A stretch of 64,000 bases of DNA from a virus (lineage: Duplodnaviria > Caudoviricetes): positions 1 to 64,000 of the IMG/VR virus record IMGVR_UViG_3300046779_001841; one strand, given 5' to 3'. Below the pieces are notes generated by a model. The model saw only the letters and a program-made list of their open reading frames with translations. It had not been told where the DNA came from and made no database searches. This document shows, in pieces, positions 9,731 to 19,877 of the stretch (positions are counted from its first letter, which is position 1; each line of letters begins with the position of its first letter). The position numbers were made by a program, and so were the translations under genes.

Positions 9731-10102
9731 TTAATCTGTAAATCCAAGATCATTTCTTAAAAATTTAAATTCATCAATGACAAGATTTGGATTATTCATC
9801 AAATCTTCCCATTTGTATGAGATTTCAGAATCTTCAAATCTTTCAGAATCTTTAAAATCTTCATCATCTTCATCTTTTACATACATTCCAATATAAATGC
9901 CATGTCCACCATAAACACTAATGGTGTATTTGTAATTGTGACTTTGAAGACAATTCTTATGAACCATATAGAAACCACCTGCTTTGATTTCATTTTTTAG
10001 AGAAACCTTAGAAGTGTTTAAAACTTCACAAAGCATTTTGGTAGCTTCTTCTAATTGTCCATCATTCCATGATTTGGTATTCATTAAATCTTGCATTGTC
10101 AT
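9731..10102 (-). CDS. Hypothetical protein (putative early gene)
   Basis: AAGGA RBS, first gene downstream of the conserved 32-bp motif. Confidence 0.75.
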   Translation of the reverse strand: MTMQDLMNTKSWNDGQLEEATKMLCEVLNTSKVSLKNEIKAGGFYMVHKNCLQSHNYKYTISVYGGHGIYIGMYVKDEDDEDFKDSERFEDSEISYKWEDLMNNPNLVIDEFKFLRNDLGFTD

Positions 10103-10143
10103 TTGATTTTCCTTTCAAGAAAACTTTTCACTATCGACATATC

Positions 10144-10175
10144 TATAACACTTGTGATCGTGCAACCTTTGCAAC
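10144..10175 (-). promoter_or_regulatory. Class-E conserved element GTTGCAAAG-N14-AGTGTTATA, copy 1
   Basis: One of six copies with identical 9-bp ends and 14-bp spacing, upstream of 9731-10102. Confidence 0.8.
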
Positions 10176-10225
10176 AGAGATTAAATTTTTTTCATGTATT
10201 ATAGAAAAAACGAAAGGATGAAAAA

Positions 10226-10528
10226 ATGAAAGTTCGTATAGTCAAAATTTATGATGATCCAAATGATGATGCTTTTATCTTTATAGAAGCAGATATTTTT
10301 AAATCTAAACACCAGCCAGATCCAGATGAAAGAATTGTAAATCGAATAGAAAAAAAAGAAGCCTATGCTAAAAGCAGTCCAGCTAAAACACTTAAAAACA
10401 ATAATTTGATTTCTCTTGATAAAGAAGAAATCATTGATGATATTGTATATCAAGATCTTGGTATGTTTAATTTTTCATATATGTATTTTTATATGCTACT
10501 GCAAAATTTATTCTCAAGATTGCTTTAA
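10226..10528 (+). CDS. Hypothetical protein
   Basis: 100-aa ORF with AAGGA RBS. Confidence 0.6.
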   Translation: MKVRIVKIYDDPNDDAFIFIEADIFKSKHQPDPDERIVNRIEKKEAYAKSSPAKTLKNNNLISLDKEEIIDDIVYQDLGMFNFSYMYFYMLLQNLFSRLL

Positions 10529-10596
10529 GAAAGAAAAACAAAACACTTATATTATAAGTATCTCAAGTGTTTTCAATTATAAAGAAAGAGAAACAA

Positions 10597-12687
10597 ATGC
10601 CATATTATGTAGCAAAAGTCATGGGACAAATTTTTGCCAATGCACCTTATTATGTTCTTAGATGTCTTGTCCATTCGGATACAAAATCAGAACCAAAAAC
10701 TGTTAAAGGTAAAATCATTGGAAATACAGAAAGAGATAGTTATATTCTTTTTGAAGGCAAAGAAATTCAAGATACTTATCAAGGTGTAACAAAACCTGCT
10801 ATTGAAGTTATTAAATCACCGATTGATCCAAAAATGCTCAAAGGTGTTGCTTTAAATGAATGGCAAAAACAATCAAGTCCAGAAAAGAATAAAACATACT
10901 CGATTGCCAGCAATCTTGTATCTTGTGGTATCAATCCAAAAATCTTAAATTCTATTTGGTCTATCATTTCTAAAAATCCACAAGAGATTTTAGATAATGC
11001 TTGGCTTTTAGTCGATTATGGTATTCCATTCAAGACTGCAGATCAAATTGCACTTACTCTTAATCCAGATTCTTATGATTTGAAAAATATTCATAGAATG
11101 AAAGCCTGTGTTAAAGAAGCTATTCATCAATCTGTTATAGATGGTAATTGCTACCTTGATAGTAAAAGTATCTTTGAAAGTGTTTTATCTAATACTGGTG
11201 AAACAGATCCAAACAAGATTGCTATTCTTATTAAAGAAATGGTTAATGATAAACAAATCATTATTGAAAAAGCACATCATGGCAATGCGATCTATTTACC
11301 TAATATCCATCGTATGGAAACAGAAGCAGTCAATTATTTAACAAATCCAAATAGAAGAAAAGGTCAAAGAGAAACTATTTCTTATATCAAATCTCATAGC
11401 AAATATGATTTAACAGAAGATCAAATTGAAGCTATTCAAAGAGGACTTGAAGAACCTATCTCTATTGTATCTGGATTACCTGGTACAGGCAAAACAACAA
11501 TTTTATCTGTTCTTTGTTCTATCTTAAAAGAAAAGAAAGAAACATTATTGTTAGTCGCACCTACAGGTATTGCGAGTAAAAGACTTGCCAGTGTTGTTAA
11601 AATGGATGCGATGACAATCCATCGTGCATTTGGTGCGGGTGGTCAAGATGATGATAAAAATGTATTAAGCACTTATGAAGGACTTGTGAAAGATACAGAT
11701 AATAGTGTGAGTAGTGTCTTATCAAGAGATAATACTAGAGAACATTGGAATTACACACCAGCAAATCCAAGACAAGAAACTATTTTAATTGTAGATGAAG
11801 CATCTATGGTGGATCTACATTTACTTTGGCGATTATTAAGAGGTGTTACTTTAAATTGTAGGATTATTTTTGTAGGTGATGTTGCACAATTACCACCAGT
11901 AGGTGCAGGTTTCACTTTAGCTGATATGATGGCAAGTAAAATTATTCCATCAATTCATCTTACTAAAATCTTTAGACAAGGTGAAGGTTCTGGAGTAGTG
12001 ATTGCATCACATGATGTTTATAATGGTATTGTTCCTACTTCAAATAATGAATTTGTGTTTTTAGATAACTATTCTAATCATGATATTTTAGAAACACTAA
12101 AATCTTTATGTATGCAGTTAGAAGAAGATGAAATAGATTATCATATTATATCGCCTACTCATCATGGTGATTTAGGTTGTACAAATCTTAATAAAGTTTT
12201 ACGATCTAAACTTAATCCAACACTTTCAACATCTGTATTAAGAATTGGAAATGATGAAATTAGAGAAAATGATAAAGTCATGATCACACAAAACGATTAT
12301 GATTTAGGTGTGTTTAATGGTGATCTTGGTAAAGTCTTTACAATTAGAAAAGATAGTGTAGATATTATTTTAAGAAGTGGTGGTGGAGCATCTTCTATGG
12401 TATCAATACCTAAAGATAAAGTATCAAGTTTAATGAGATTAGCTTATGCAACCACAGTGCATAAATCACAAGGTCAAGAATATCAAGTGATCTTGATGCC
12501 ATTAGTAAGAGAATTTGGCAATTCTTTAATTCAAAGAAACTTGATCTACACTGCGATAACAAGAGCAAAACAAAAAGCCTATTTAATAGGTGATGTGGAT
12601 GCTTTAGCATTAGGTGTTGCGAATACCAGTACTAAACTTAAATATTCAAGATTAAGAGATAAACTTATTGAAAATAAATCTGTTTAA
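10597..12687 (+). CDS. recD2: RecD2-like SF1B helicase
   Basis: Walker A GLPGTGKT, VAPTGIA, IVDEASM, GDVAQLPPVG, IFRQ, AYATTVHKSQG, LIYTAITRA, plus the N-terminal extension typical of RecD2. Confidence 0.92.
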   Translation: MPYYVAKVMGQIFANAPYYVLRCLVHSDTKSEPKTVKGKIIGNTERDSYILFEGKEIQDTYQGVTKPAIEVIKSPIDPKMLKGVALNEWQKQSSPEKNKTYSIASNLVSCGINPKILNSIWSIISKNPQEILDNAWLLVDYGIPFKTADQIALTLNPDSYDLKNIHRMKACVKEAIHQSVIDGNCYLDSKSIFESVLSNTGETDPNKIAILIKEMVNDKQIIIEKAHHGNAIYLPNIHRMETEAVNYLTNPNRRKGQRETISYIKSHSKYDLTEDQIEAIQRGLEEPISIVSGLPGTGKTTILSVLCSILKEKKETLLLVAPTGIASKRLASVVKMDAMTIHRAFGAGGQDDDKNVLSTYEGLVKDTDNSVSSVLSRDNTREHWNYTPANPRQETILIVDEASMVDLHLLWRLLRGVTLNCRIIFVGDVAQLPPVGAGFTLADMMASKIIPSIHLTKIFRQGEGSGVVIASHDVYNGIVPTSNNEFVFLDNYSNHDILETLKSLCMQLEEDEIDYHIISPTHHGDLGCTNLNKVLRSKLNPTLSTSVLRIGNDEIRENDKVMITQNDYDLGVFNGDLGKVFTIRKDSVDIILRSGGGASSMVSIPKDKVSSLMRLAYATTVHKSQGQEYQVILMPLVREFGNSLIQRNLIYTAITRAKQKAYLIGDVDALALGVANTSTKLKYSRLRDKLIENKSV

Positions 12688-12698
12688 TTTTTGTCTTA

Positions 12699-12707
12699 TA
12701 ATATAAG
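12699..12707 (+). promoter_or_regulatory. Class-M motif TAATATAAG
   Basis: Exact copy 33 nt upstream of ATG 12741. Confidence 0.55.
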
Positions 12708-12740
12708 TATTTTTGCCACTAACAACAAAAGGAAAAACAA

Positions 12741-13079
12741 ATGGCAAATCCAGAACAAATTCAAAAGCTAAAAGAAAAATTAGCTGATCTCAAATCCACC
12801 ATTAAAGTAAACCAAATCACTATTTCAAGAGTAGTAAAAGGTCGTGCTGGTGATACCTTCGTTTCTATGAATGCAACTTATGGTAGCAAAGATGATACAG
12901 AAAACACTGAAAGTTTATCTTTATCTGATGCAAAATTAGCTTCTTATCTTTTAGGTATGCAAGTAAATGTTGTTGCACATGAACAGGCTTGTGCATCTGG
13001 TATTATTACATCAGCACAACTTGATAATGCTAAACAACATTTGAAATCAAATTTCAACAAACTTATGACTGGTGAATAA
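12741..13079 (+). CDS. Hypothetical protein
   Basis: AAGGA RBS, within the replication module. Confidence 0.75.
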   Translation: MANPEQIQKLKEKLADLKSTIKVNQITISRVVKGRAGDTFVSMNATYGSKDDTENTESLSLSDAKLASYLLGMQVNVVAHEQACASGIITSAQLDNAKQHLKSNFNKLMTGE

Positions 13080-13081
13080 GA

Positions 13082-13786
13082 ATGATTATTGATCAACAAT
13101 GGATTGAAAAGGTTTATCACGACCTTACAAATATGGATATTCAACTTGACCACGATCCTTTAGAGTTCGGACCCGACCGTCTTAACTTAAAGACTGCAGA
13201 AGTAAGAAACTTGCTTTCAAGAGTGGAAAAGTTATTTATTGATGTTTCTCAAAACCTACACAAATACAAAAGAGATTTACTTGTAAAGAATACAGAATTT
13301 ACAATCTCTAGGAATCGTCTTATGGCAGAAGATCCCCATGTAAGAGCAGGTCGATCACAAAGTGAAAGAGAAACACTTGCAGGTATTCGTTTAACTGATA
13401 TGACAGTAGAAATGAAAAACCTTGAAGTAGCAGTTCAAGATTTGGATGAAATTCTAAAAGTTATCAAAGCAAAACGAACAGACTTGAAAGACATTCAAGG
13501 TAGATTGAAAGATCAACTTAAATTATGTCAAGAAGGTTTAGGTTTAGGTCGCAGATGGGGTAAATCTGATACAGTGGTTAAAGTCATTGAAGAATTTAAT
13601 GATAACTATAAACCACAAATTGATGATACTACTCTTGATGCAGTCTTAAACAGAGAAGAAGTGAAACCATCACCAGCATCTAAACATACTGCACAAGATA
13701 TTGATACCTTCTTTAATAGTGATCTTGAAACCACTAAAAAGAAAATTGATGATTTGAATATTGATGATCTTTGGAATATTGACTAA
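13082..13786 (+). CDS. Coiled-coil hypothetical protein (possible recombination mediator)
   Basis: Heptad-rich central region and acidic tail. Function inferred only from its position between the helicase and the SSB-like gene. Confidence 0.6.
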   Translation: MIIDQQWIEKVYHDLTNMDIQLDHDPLEFGPDRLNLKTAEVRNLLSRVEKLFIDVSQNLHKYKRDLLVKNTEFTISRNRLMAEDPHVRAGRSQSERETLAGIRLTDMTVEMKNLEVAVQDLDEILKVIKAKRTDLKDIQGRLKDQLKLCQEGLGLGRRWGKSDTVVKVIEEFNDNYKPQIDDTTLDAVLNREEVKPSPASKHTAQDIDTFFNSDLETTKKKIDDLNIDDLWNID

Positions 13787-13945
13787 TTTATCGATTTAAT
13801 TCTTATATCTGACTTTACTTATTCAAAATATAATGTTTTTATTGTGACTGCATACAGATTTCAATCATCAGATATAAAGATGAAGAAAAAAAAGAAATAA
13901 AAAAGTTTAAAAAAAATAAAGAATTTGTGTAAAACTTATATACCT

Positions 13946-13954
13946 TAATATAAG
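13946..13954 (+). promoter_or_regulatory. Class-M motif TAATATAAG inside a perfect 8-bp inverted repeat
   Basis: ATACCTTA-ATA-TAAGGTAT (13940-13958), preceded by an A-rich tract, 77 nt upstream of the SSB-like gene. Confidence 0.55.
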
Positions 13955-14031
13955 GTATTATGACGAAGCGAAATAACGAAATGTTAATAAATGCAAAGTC
14001 CAGTTTTTCTTAAACTCTCAAGGAGTTAGCC

Positions 14032-14736
14032 ATGAGCTTTTCTACTTTTGAATTAGGTGGTTCATCCACTATTCTTTCTTCTAAAAATTCACGATGGAAA
14101 CCACAAAAAGGTAAGTATCGTGTGAGTTTTGTAACACTTCCTGGTCTTGAAAATGGTACTCCAGATCACAATGCAAAAGCACCTTTGTTCAAAGGCGGTC
14201 GTAGACTTTATCACAAAGATGTTGGTTATTTTGCTGACAATGGACCCGAATATGCAAAACTCGCTGGTGAACCATCCAAAGTTGCGATTGCAACAGTGAT
14301 TGTTTTGTGGCCTACCGATGCAAATGGTGTTCTTGATATGAATCGTTTGAAAAAAGGTGAATTTGATCCTAAGTCTTGGATTTTCTCTCTTGACAAGTAT
14401 CGTCAACTTGAAGCAATCCAAACAGAATTTCCTTTGACACAACATGATATTACAATCACTGTTACAGATCCACAATTCCACAAGATGTCATTTGCACCAT
14501 GTAAAGATAATCTTTTCACTGCAATCAAAGCAAAAGAACCACAACTTTATGCAAGTGTTGTAGAAGCTACAAAAGATATTTACTCCAGATTGCAAGATGA
14601 TGTTGCTCAAGATTTAACTTTAGATCAAATCAGAGAAAAGTTAAATGGTGGTGGTAATGGATCACCTGTTGCAAAGACTGGATTTTCAAGCAATTTTAGT
14701 GCAGATGATGTATTAAGTAATGTCTTGGATGATTAA
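14032..14736 (+). CDS. Putative single-stranded DNA-binding protein (gp32-like)
   Basis: Aromatic/basic beta-rich body, Gly-rich linker, acidic tail (ADDVLSNVLDD), strong AGGAG RBS, own terminator and replication-module context. Confidence 0.55.
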   Translation: MSFSTFELGGSSTILSSKNSRWKPQKGKYRVSFVTLPGLENGTPDHNAKAPLFKGGRRLYHKDVGYFADNGPEYAKLAGEPSKVAIATVIVLWPTDANGVLDMNRLKKGEFDPKSWIFSLDKYRQLEAIQTEFPLTQHDITITVTDPQFHKMSFAPCKDNLFTAIKAKEPQLYASVVEATKDIYSRLQDDVAQDLTLDQIREKLNGGGNGSPVAKTGFSSNFSADDVLSNVLDD

Positions 14737-14800
14737 GATCTAGTATTCAAAGTTTTGTCTAAAAGCAGAATTTTGTTGTTCGCTAGTTTTTTGTTGGTAG

Positions 14801-14840
14801 AAAAGCCCCTTGCCTCTTTAGGTTTGGGGCTTTTTTATTT
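14801..14840 (+). terminator. Rho-independent terminator
   Basis: AAAAGCCCC...GGGGCTTTT stem with an inner CCT/AGG pair, followed by a T-tract. Confidence 0.85.
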
Positions 14841-14896
14841 TAATAAAAATTAAATGTTTTGTCTTAGATATAAACATATTCTAAAGGATTATTAAA

Positions 14897-15403
14897 ATGA
14901 TCAAATTTGCAAATAATACTAAGACAACAAGCATTGATGAATTACTTTCTGTTTCCAATCTTACAGATAAGAAAAGAAAACAAGCTAAAGAATCTGATCT
15001 TAAAGATGGAACTATTATAGTCGCTTATACTAATAATGGCTTAATTACACCAAGTGGTTATCCAGAACAAGGTACTAAAGGCACTATTTATGCAGTAGAA
15101 ACTATGGCTGGTAAAAAAACTGCTATGGATGGTTCTGCATTTGTTAAATGGGATGGTGCAAATAAAATTACACTCGCACCTTTAACACATATCAAAGTTG
15201 CCAGTAAAAAAGTAGCAAACTTGGATGACTTTTCTTTTCTAAATAATAATTCACTATCTCAATTTATCGTAGCTAAAGGTGATATGAATGATGTTCTTGT
15301 TCATAAATCATCTAAAGATTTATGGTCTTTGAAAGTTGGTGAAGATGGTAGTTATGATATTGAAAGATTATTTGATGATAATGGTGAACCTTTAAAAATT
15401 TAA
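14897..15403 (+). CDS. Hypothetical protein (possible virion protein)
   Basis: AAGGA RBS. Contains KFAN, KVAS and KVAN copies of the [K/R]-x-A-[S/N/G] motif seen in leader-family proteins. Confidence 0.7.
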   Translation: MIKFANNTKTTSIDELLSVSNLTDKKRKQAKESDLKDGTIIVAYTNNGLITPSGYPEQGTKGTIYAVETMAGKKTAMDGSAFVKWDGANKITLAPLTHIKVASKKVANLDDFSFLNNNSLSQFIVAKGDMNDVLVHKSSKDLWSLKVGEDGSYDIERLFDDNGEPLKI

Positions 15404-15452
15404 TTTGTGTTTTATTAAATCCTGTTCTTATGAAAAACTTGAAAGGATTTAT

Positions 15453-15767
15453 ATGAAAATCGATGAAATTTTAAAAACACAAAACCACATGGCATTTCTC
15501 AAATTCTATTTTGAAGAACAAGATCTTAAATCTATAAAGACTAATATGAATATATCACAAGGTATCCGAACATATACTTTTGATTTTGAAAATGACTGGT
15601 TTTTTAAAGTCGTGTATGCAGATAGTGGTATTAGAATTATTACTTTAAAAAGCAAAGAAAAAGATTTTGATTTGGTTTCCAGATTCTTTGGATTGGAATT
15701 AGATTTCAATACGATTAAAACCATCAGTTCTTATGTCAAACAAATTATTTGTTCTGGCAAACTCTAA
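15453..15767 (+). CDS. Hypothetical protein
   Basis: AAGGA RBS before ATG 15453. Confidence 0.65.
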   Translation: MKIDEILKTQNHMAFLKFYFEEQDLKSIKTNMNISQGIRTYTFDFENDWFFKVVYADSGIRIITLKSKEKDFDLVSRFFGLELDFNTIKTISSYVKQIICSGKL

Positions 15768-16146
15768 AACTTGTTAATAAAAGACTATCTCCAATAATAT
15801 CATCTTCACATCTTTCACAATAATCTTCATGTTTCTCAAAATAAGATTCATAATGAATCCATTCTTCAGATGTTAATAATCGAATACCATTCGCACTGGT
15901 GTTCTTTTCATAATACATACCATTTTCATTTTTCCATGCTTCATATACAGGTTGCAATCCATAAATTTCACTTAGTTTATTACAGAACAAAAGATATTCT
16001 GAATTATCAAGAATGTTATGCACTGGCAAATCATCATGTTTATAGATAGAGTGGTCATGATAAGAACCAAGAACTTGTTTAAACAAACTTTGAGAAATCA
16101 ATTTTTTTGTAATAATGATATTAGGAAAAACAATTACATCTAACAT
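15745..16146 (-). CDS. Truncated formylglycine-generating-enzyme-like (FGE/C-type lectin fold) protein
   Basis: ISQSLFKQVLG, DLPVHNI, LFCNKLSEIYGLQPVY, NGIRLLTSEEW resemble the N-terminal half of FGE-sulfatase domains (VTQ..W..VMG, LPVE.V, FCNKLS, GYRLPTEAEW). Confidence 0.5.
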   Translation of the reverse strand: MLDVIVFPNIIITKKLISQSLFKQVLGSYHDHSIYKHDDLPVHNILDNSEYLLFCNKLSEIYGLQPVYEAWKNENGMYYEKNTSANGIRLLTSEEWIHYESYFEKHEDYCERCEDDIIGDSLLLTSFRVCQNK

Positions 16147-16489
16147 AAAGGAACTCGCTATGTTTTCAATGGATCTGGGTAAGCAAATATTGTTACTTCT
16201 TCAACAGGGTAAAACAATAAAAGAAATTGGTGAGATTTTATCTTTACCTAGAATGACTATACATAGATATAAAAAGAAATATCAAGAATTGACAAATATA
16301 GATATGTCAGTCGAATATAATAAACATTTACTCGCATATAAACTTTATGTTGCTGGTATGCCAATAAAAGATATAGCTAGATTTTTAAACTACAAACGAT
16401 ATAACAATGTTTTTCTTATCATTCAAAAATATAAGAAATCCAAAATCAAGATAGATGTTAAAGTACATCAGATTGGAATATTAGAATGA
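16115..16489 (+). CDS. Helix-turn-helix DNA-binding protein (two HTH motifs)
   Basis: GKTIKEIGEILSLPRMTIHRY and GMPIKDIARFL. The true start may be ATG 16160. Confidence 0.65.
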   Translation: MILGKTITSNIKELAMFSMDLGKQILLLLQQGKTIKEIGEILSLPRMTIHRYKKKYQELTNIDMSVEYNKHLLAYKLYVAGMPIKDIARFLNYKRYNNVFLIIQKYKKSKIKIDVKVHQIGILE

Positions 16490-17148
16490 TCACATTAGGT
16501 TTAGATCCTTCTTTAAGAGCATTTGGCTGGACACTCATAAATGATAATGCAGAAATTATTGATAAAGGTTTGTTAGGCACTGATGCAGATATGATCTTTG
16601 TTGAACGATATATGTATTTAAGACAAGAAGTGATTTCTTTGATCCAGAATATTAAGACACAATATCCAAATGAGAATTTAACAATGGCAGTCGAATCACC
16701 TTACTTTAATGATTTGTTTTCTGAAGGTATGTATGGTCTCTTCTTATATGTAAATGAAGCAATCAAGTTATGTGAAATAGATGTGATGTTTTTATCACCA
16801 TTACAAGTGAAAGCACACGCACATAAATTTTTAGGTAGACCAAAAGGTTGGAAAATGCAAAAAACAGATATGGTTTTAGCTTGTAAAAAAGCTAATCCAA
16901 ATGTTAAGAAACTTAACAACCATCAAGCAGATGCTTATTGGGTCGCAAGAACAGGTCAAAGATTTTGGAAATTTGTAAATAACATTATTACTGATGCAGA
17001 TTTGGATGAAATTGAAAAAAGTCAATTTGCAAGACTTGATCTAAATAAGGTTGGTCAAGTGAAAAGCAAAGGCATTATGTATAAAGAAGATGATCGTTGG
17101 TTTAGATGGTCTATTAAAAATGTAGAAAAAAAAGATGAAATAATATAA
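16486..17148 (+). CDS. ruvC: RuvC-like Holliday junction resolvase
   Basis: LGLDPSLRAFGW, MAVESP, KTDMV and HQADAYWVA, containing the RuvC acidic residues. Confidence 0.8.
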   Translation: MITLGLDPSLRAFGWTLINDNAEIIDKGLLGTDADMIFVERYMYLRQEVISLIQNIKTQYPNENLTMAVESPYFNDLFSEGMYGLFLYVNEAIKLCEIDVMFLSPLQVKAHAHKFLGRPKGWKMQKTDMVLACKKANPNVKKLNNHQADAYWVARTGQRFWKFVNNIITDADLDEIEKSQFARLDLNKVGQVKSKGIMYKEDDRWFRWSIKNVEKKDEII

Positions 17149-17149
17149 G
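17141..17149 (+). promoter_or_regulatory. Class-M motif TAATATAAG
   Basis: 35 nt upstream of the recA ATG. Confidence 0.55.
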
Positions 17150-17184
17150 ATGAAATACCTTTCAAGTCCATAGGAGTTTTTAAT

Positions 17185-18408
17185 ATGGCAAAAGCAAACC
17201 TTTCCAAAATCGCTGGTGTTTTAAAAGCATCATTAAAAGAAGATTTTGTAGTTCAACTTGACGATTCTAAAGTCAATTCCACAACACCCCATGTTTCCAC
17301 TGGTTCTATTGCACTCGATTATCTTATTGGTGGCAAAGAAAATGAAAAAGGTGTTAAACCATGTCCAGGACTTCCAAGAGGTCGTATCACTAATATTTAT
17401 GGTAATGCTGGTGCTGGTAAAACAACCATCGCATTACAAACGGCCGCCCAAGTTTGCCAAGCAGGTGGTACTGTTCTTTACATCGATTGGGAAAATGAAG
17501 TCGAACCAAAGTATGCACAAGCACTTGGTGTACCTGTTACAGATAAAGATAAATTCATGCTTGTGCAACCAGATACTTTAGAAACAGGTTTAAAGTATAT
17601 GGCAATGTTTGCCAAAGAAGGTGTTGATCTTATTGTGATTGATAGTGTTGGTGCGGCCGTACCACAAGCTATGTTTGAAAAGCAAGATGGTGAAACACAA
17701 ATGGCAGTTGGTGCAAATGCTCGTGTATGGTCTGTTTATTTACCTAAACTAAAGAACATCATTGCGAAACATAATACTTGTGTTATTGGTATTTCCCAAT
17801 TAAGAGAAGCTATTGGTGGTATGACTTCTTTTGCAGGACCCAAGACTACACCACAAGGTGGTAAAGCATGGCAATATTATTCTACACTACAAATCAAGTT
17901 ATCTGTTATTCAAAAAGAAAAAGGTAAAGTGTGGGATGGTTTACAAGGTAAAATGATTGAAACAGTAACAGGTGCAGTGGTAAGAGCGCATTTAGATAAA
18001 TGTAAAGTTTCTGATAGTGTTCATCATGAAGTCGATTTCTTTCTTATGAGTGGTAAAGGTGTTGACAATGAAAGAACAATTATTGATCTTGCAATCAATA
18101 GTGGTGTAATCAGTAAAAAAGGTGCTTGGTTCTCATGGCAATCACCAAGTGGTGAATTGAGATCACAAGGTCTTGCTGGTTTTAAAGAACAATTACAAAA
18201 TATGGATGGTGGTTTAGTCGCTTTGTTTAATCAAGTTAAACCATTTATTTCTCAAAATAAAGAAGGTGGTTCTGCAACATCTGAAGCACCTGCAGGTGAA
18301 GAAAAAGCACCAGCTAAGTCTAGTAAGTTAGATAAAATGGCAAGTGCAAATCTTGATGATATGTTTGGCGATGATGATGAAGAAGAATTTTTTGATGATG
18401 AAGAATAA
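17185..18408 (+). CDS. recA: RecA recombinase
   Basis: STGSIALD, GLPRGRITNIYGNAGAGKTT, LIVIDSV, ISQLRE, GGKAWQYY, KKGAWF and an acidic tail. Confidence 0.95.
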   Translation: MAKANLSKIAGVLKASLKEDFVVQLDDSKVNSTTPHVSTGSIALDYLIGGKENEKGVKPCPGLPRGRITNIYGNAGAGKTTIALQTAAQVCQAGGTVLYIDWENEVEPKYAQALGVPVTDKDKFMLVQPDTLETGLKYMAMFAKEGVDLIVIDSVGAAVPQAMFEKQDGETQMAVGANARVWSVYLPKLKNIIAKHNTCVIGISQLREAIGGMTSFAGPKTTPQGGKAWQYYSTLQIKLSVIQKEKGKVWDGLQGKMIETVTGAVVRAHLDKCKVSDSVHHEVDFFLMSGKGVDNERTIIDLAINSGVISKKGAWFSWQSPSGELRSQGLAGFKEQLQNMDGGLVALFNQVKPFISQNKEGGSATSEAPAGEEKAPAKSSKLDKMASANLDDMFGDDDEEEFFDDEE

Positions 18409-18439
18409 ATAAATCACAGAAAACTTGCTCAATTTATTA

Positions 18440-18448
18440 TAATATAAG
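18440..18448 (+). promoter_or_regulatory. Class-M motif TAATATAAG
   Basis: 22 nt upstream of ATG 18471. Confidence 0.55.
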
Positions 18449-18470
18449 TGTCTAAAGAGCAGGTAAAATC

Positions 18471-19862
18471 ATGAAAATCAAAGTTGAAAATTTTCAATCT
18501 ATTAGTAAAGCAGAGATTGAAGTCAAAGGATTAACAGTAATCACTGGACAAAATAATACAGGCAAATCTGCATTAGCTAGATCTATTATAGGTGCATTTA
18601 CTAATTTAAGAGGAAATAGTTTTGTAAGACAAGGAACTCAAGTTGCTAAAGTAGATATTTCTTTTGATGATGGTAATCATGTCATTTGGTCTAAAGGTAA
18701 AAATACAAATCAATATGAAATCAATGGCAAACTCATTCAAAAAGTAGGTAGTGATGTTCCAGATGAAATTTTAAATTTAGGTGTCAAATCAGTAGTTGTA
18801 GATGGCAAAGAAATACATCCACAATTTGCCAAACAATTTCAACAAGTATTCTTGATAGATTTACCACCATCTTCTTTAGCAAGTGCTTTATCAGATGTAG
18901 ATGTTATTCAAAAACTAGAACAAGCGACTGCAAATTTAAGATCTGATATAAAGAACCACATCAGTTTAAATAATGCAAAAAGAGATGAATATAATAAAGA
19001 AAAGATAAGACTAGAACAATTTAATGGCTTAGATGATATTGAAGAACAAGCACAAAGAATAGAACTTTTAGAAACACAAATAGAGAATATATCTGTAAAA
19101 ATCTCAATACTGCAAGACATCTTAAATAAGAAACAAAAATTACAAAAACTCATTACTATTCTTAATGATTTATATGGCATCATGTTTTCAAAAGAGAATG
19201 AAAGTATCTTAGATTTAGATGAAAAAATCCATACTGCAACAATATTGAAAAGTAAAAGAGAAGTCTTAGAATATATCTTAAACATGAAAGATGATTTAGA
19301 TGAAATATCATTTTGTAGTTTGAATGTAGATCTTATCGGTATGGTAAATCAATTAAAAGATATGGTGAAAATATCCAGAGTAAAAAATGTCTTAACAAAG
19401 ATGCTAGATTTAGAGAATGATTTAGTAAAAACAGACTTAACGAATATAAGTATAGAACAGATAATGGATAGATTAAATATCCTTGAAACGAACCAAAAAC
19501 AAAGAAAGGTCTTAGATGAAATGTTAAATTATCAATCCGATTTGAACTCAATTTTTTTTAGTGATTTTGATTTTAATATTGTAGAACATTTGGATAACTT
19601 GATCAAGCTAAGGAAAGAAAGAACAAAGATCAAACTTTTAAATTCTATTTTAGAAGTAGGTTTAAGTAATGTTCAAATTAGTGATATTCCAGTGATAGAT
19701 GAAACATTATTTGAGATTAAGAAACAAAAAAATTTTCTATTCAATGAAATTCAAGTCATTCATACAGACTTGATAAGTATAACAGAAGAATTAGAATTAT
19801 TAAAAGAACAAATAGGTGATACTTGTCCATTATGCCAATCATCATGTTTAGAAAGTCATTGA
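18471..19862 (+). CDS. sbcC: SbcC/Rad50 N-terminal half (Walker A, coiled coil, CXXC hook)
   Basis: KVENFQSI, ITGQNNTGKS, Q-loop region QFQQVFL, long coil and a terminal CPLC. No Walker B in this ORF. Confidence 0.85.
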   Translation: MKIKVENFQSISKAEIEVKGLTVITGQNNTGKSALARSIIGAFTNLRGNSFVRQGTQVAKVDISFDDGNHVIWSKGKNTNQYEINGKLIQKVGSDVPDEILNLGVKSVVVDGKEIHPQFAKQFQQVFLIDLPPSSLASALSDVDVIQKLEQATANLRSDIKNHISLNNAKRDEYNKEKIRLEQFNGLDDIEEQAQRIELLETQIENISVKISILQDILNKKQKLQKLITILNDLYGIMFSKENESILDLDEKIHTATILKSKREVLEYILNMKDDLDEISFCSLNVDLIGMVNQLKDMVKISRVKNVLTKMLDLENDLVKTDLTNISIEQIMDRLNILETNQKQRKVLDEMLNYQSDLNSIFFSDFDFNIVEHLDNLIKLRKERTKIKLLNSILEVGLSNVQISDIPVIDETLFEIKKQKNFLFNEIQVIHTDLISITEELELLKEQIGDTCPLCQSSCLESH

Positions 19863-19877
19863 TAAGGATTTGAATAC

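Noticed and set aside
10144-10175. Class-E element as a sigma54 promoter (TTGC boxes)
   Set aside because: It lacks the invariant GG-N10-GC spacing, having only 8 nt between TG and the second GC.
13803-13877. 10-bp inverted repeat TTATATCTGA/TCAGATATAA with a 55-nt spacer
   Set aside because: It is an AT-rich single occurrence with little internal pairing, so it is plausibly chance.
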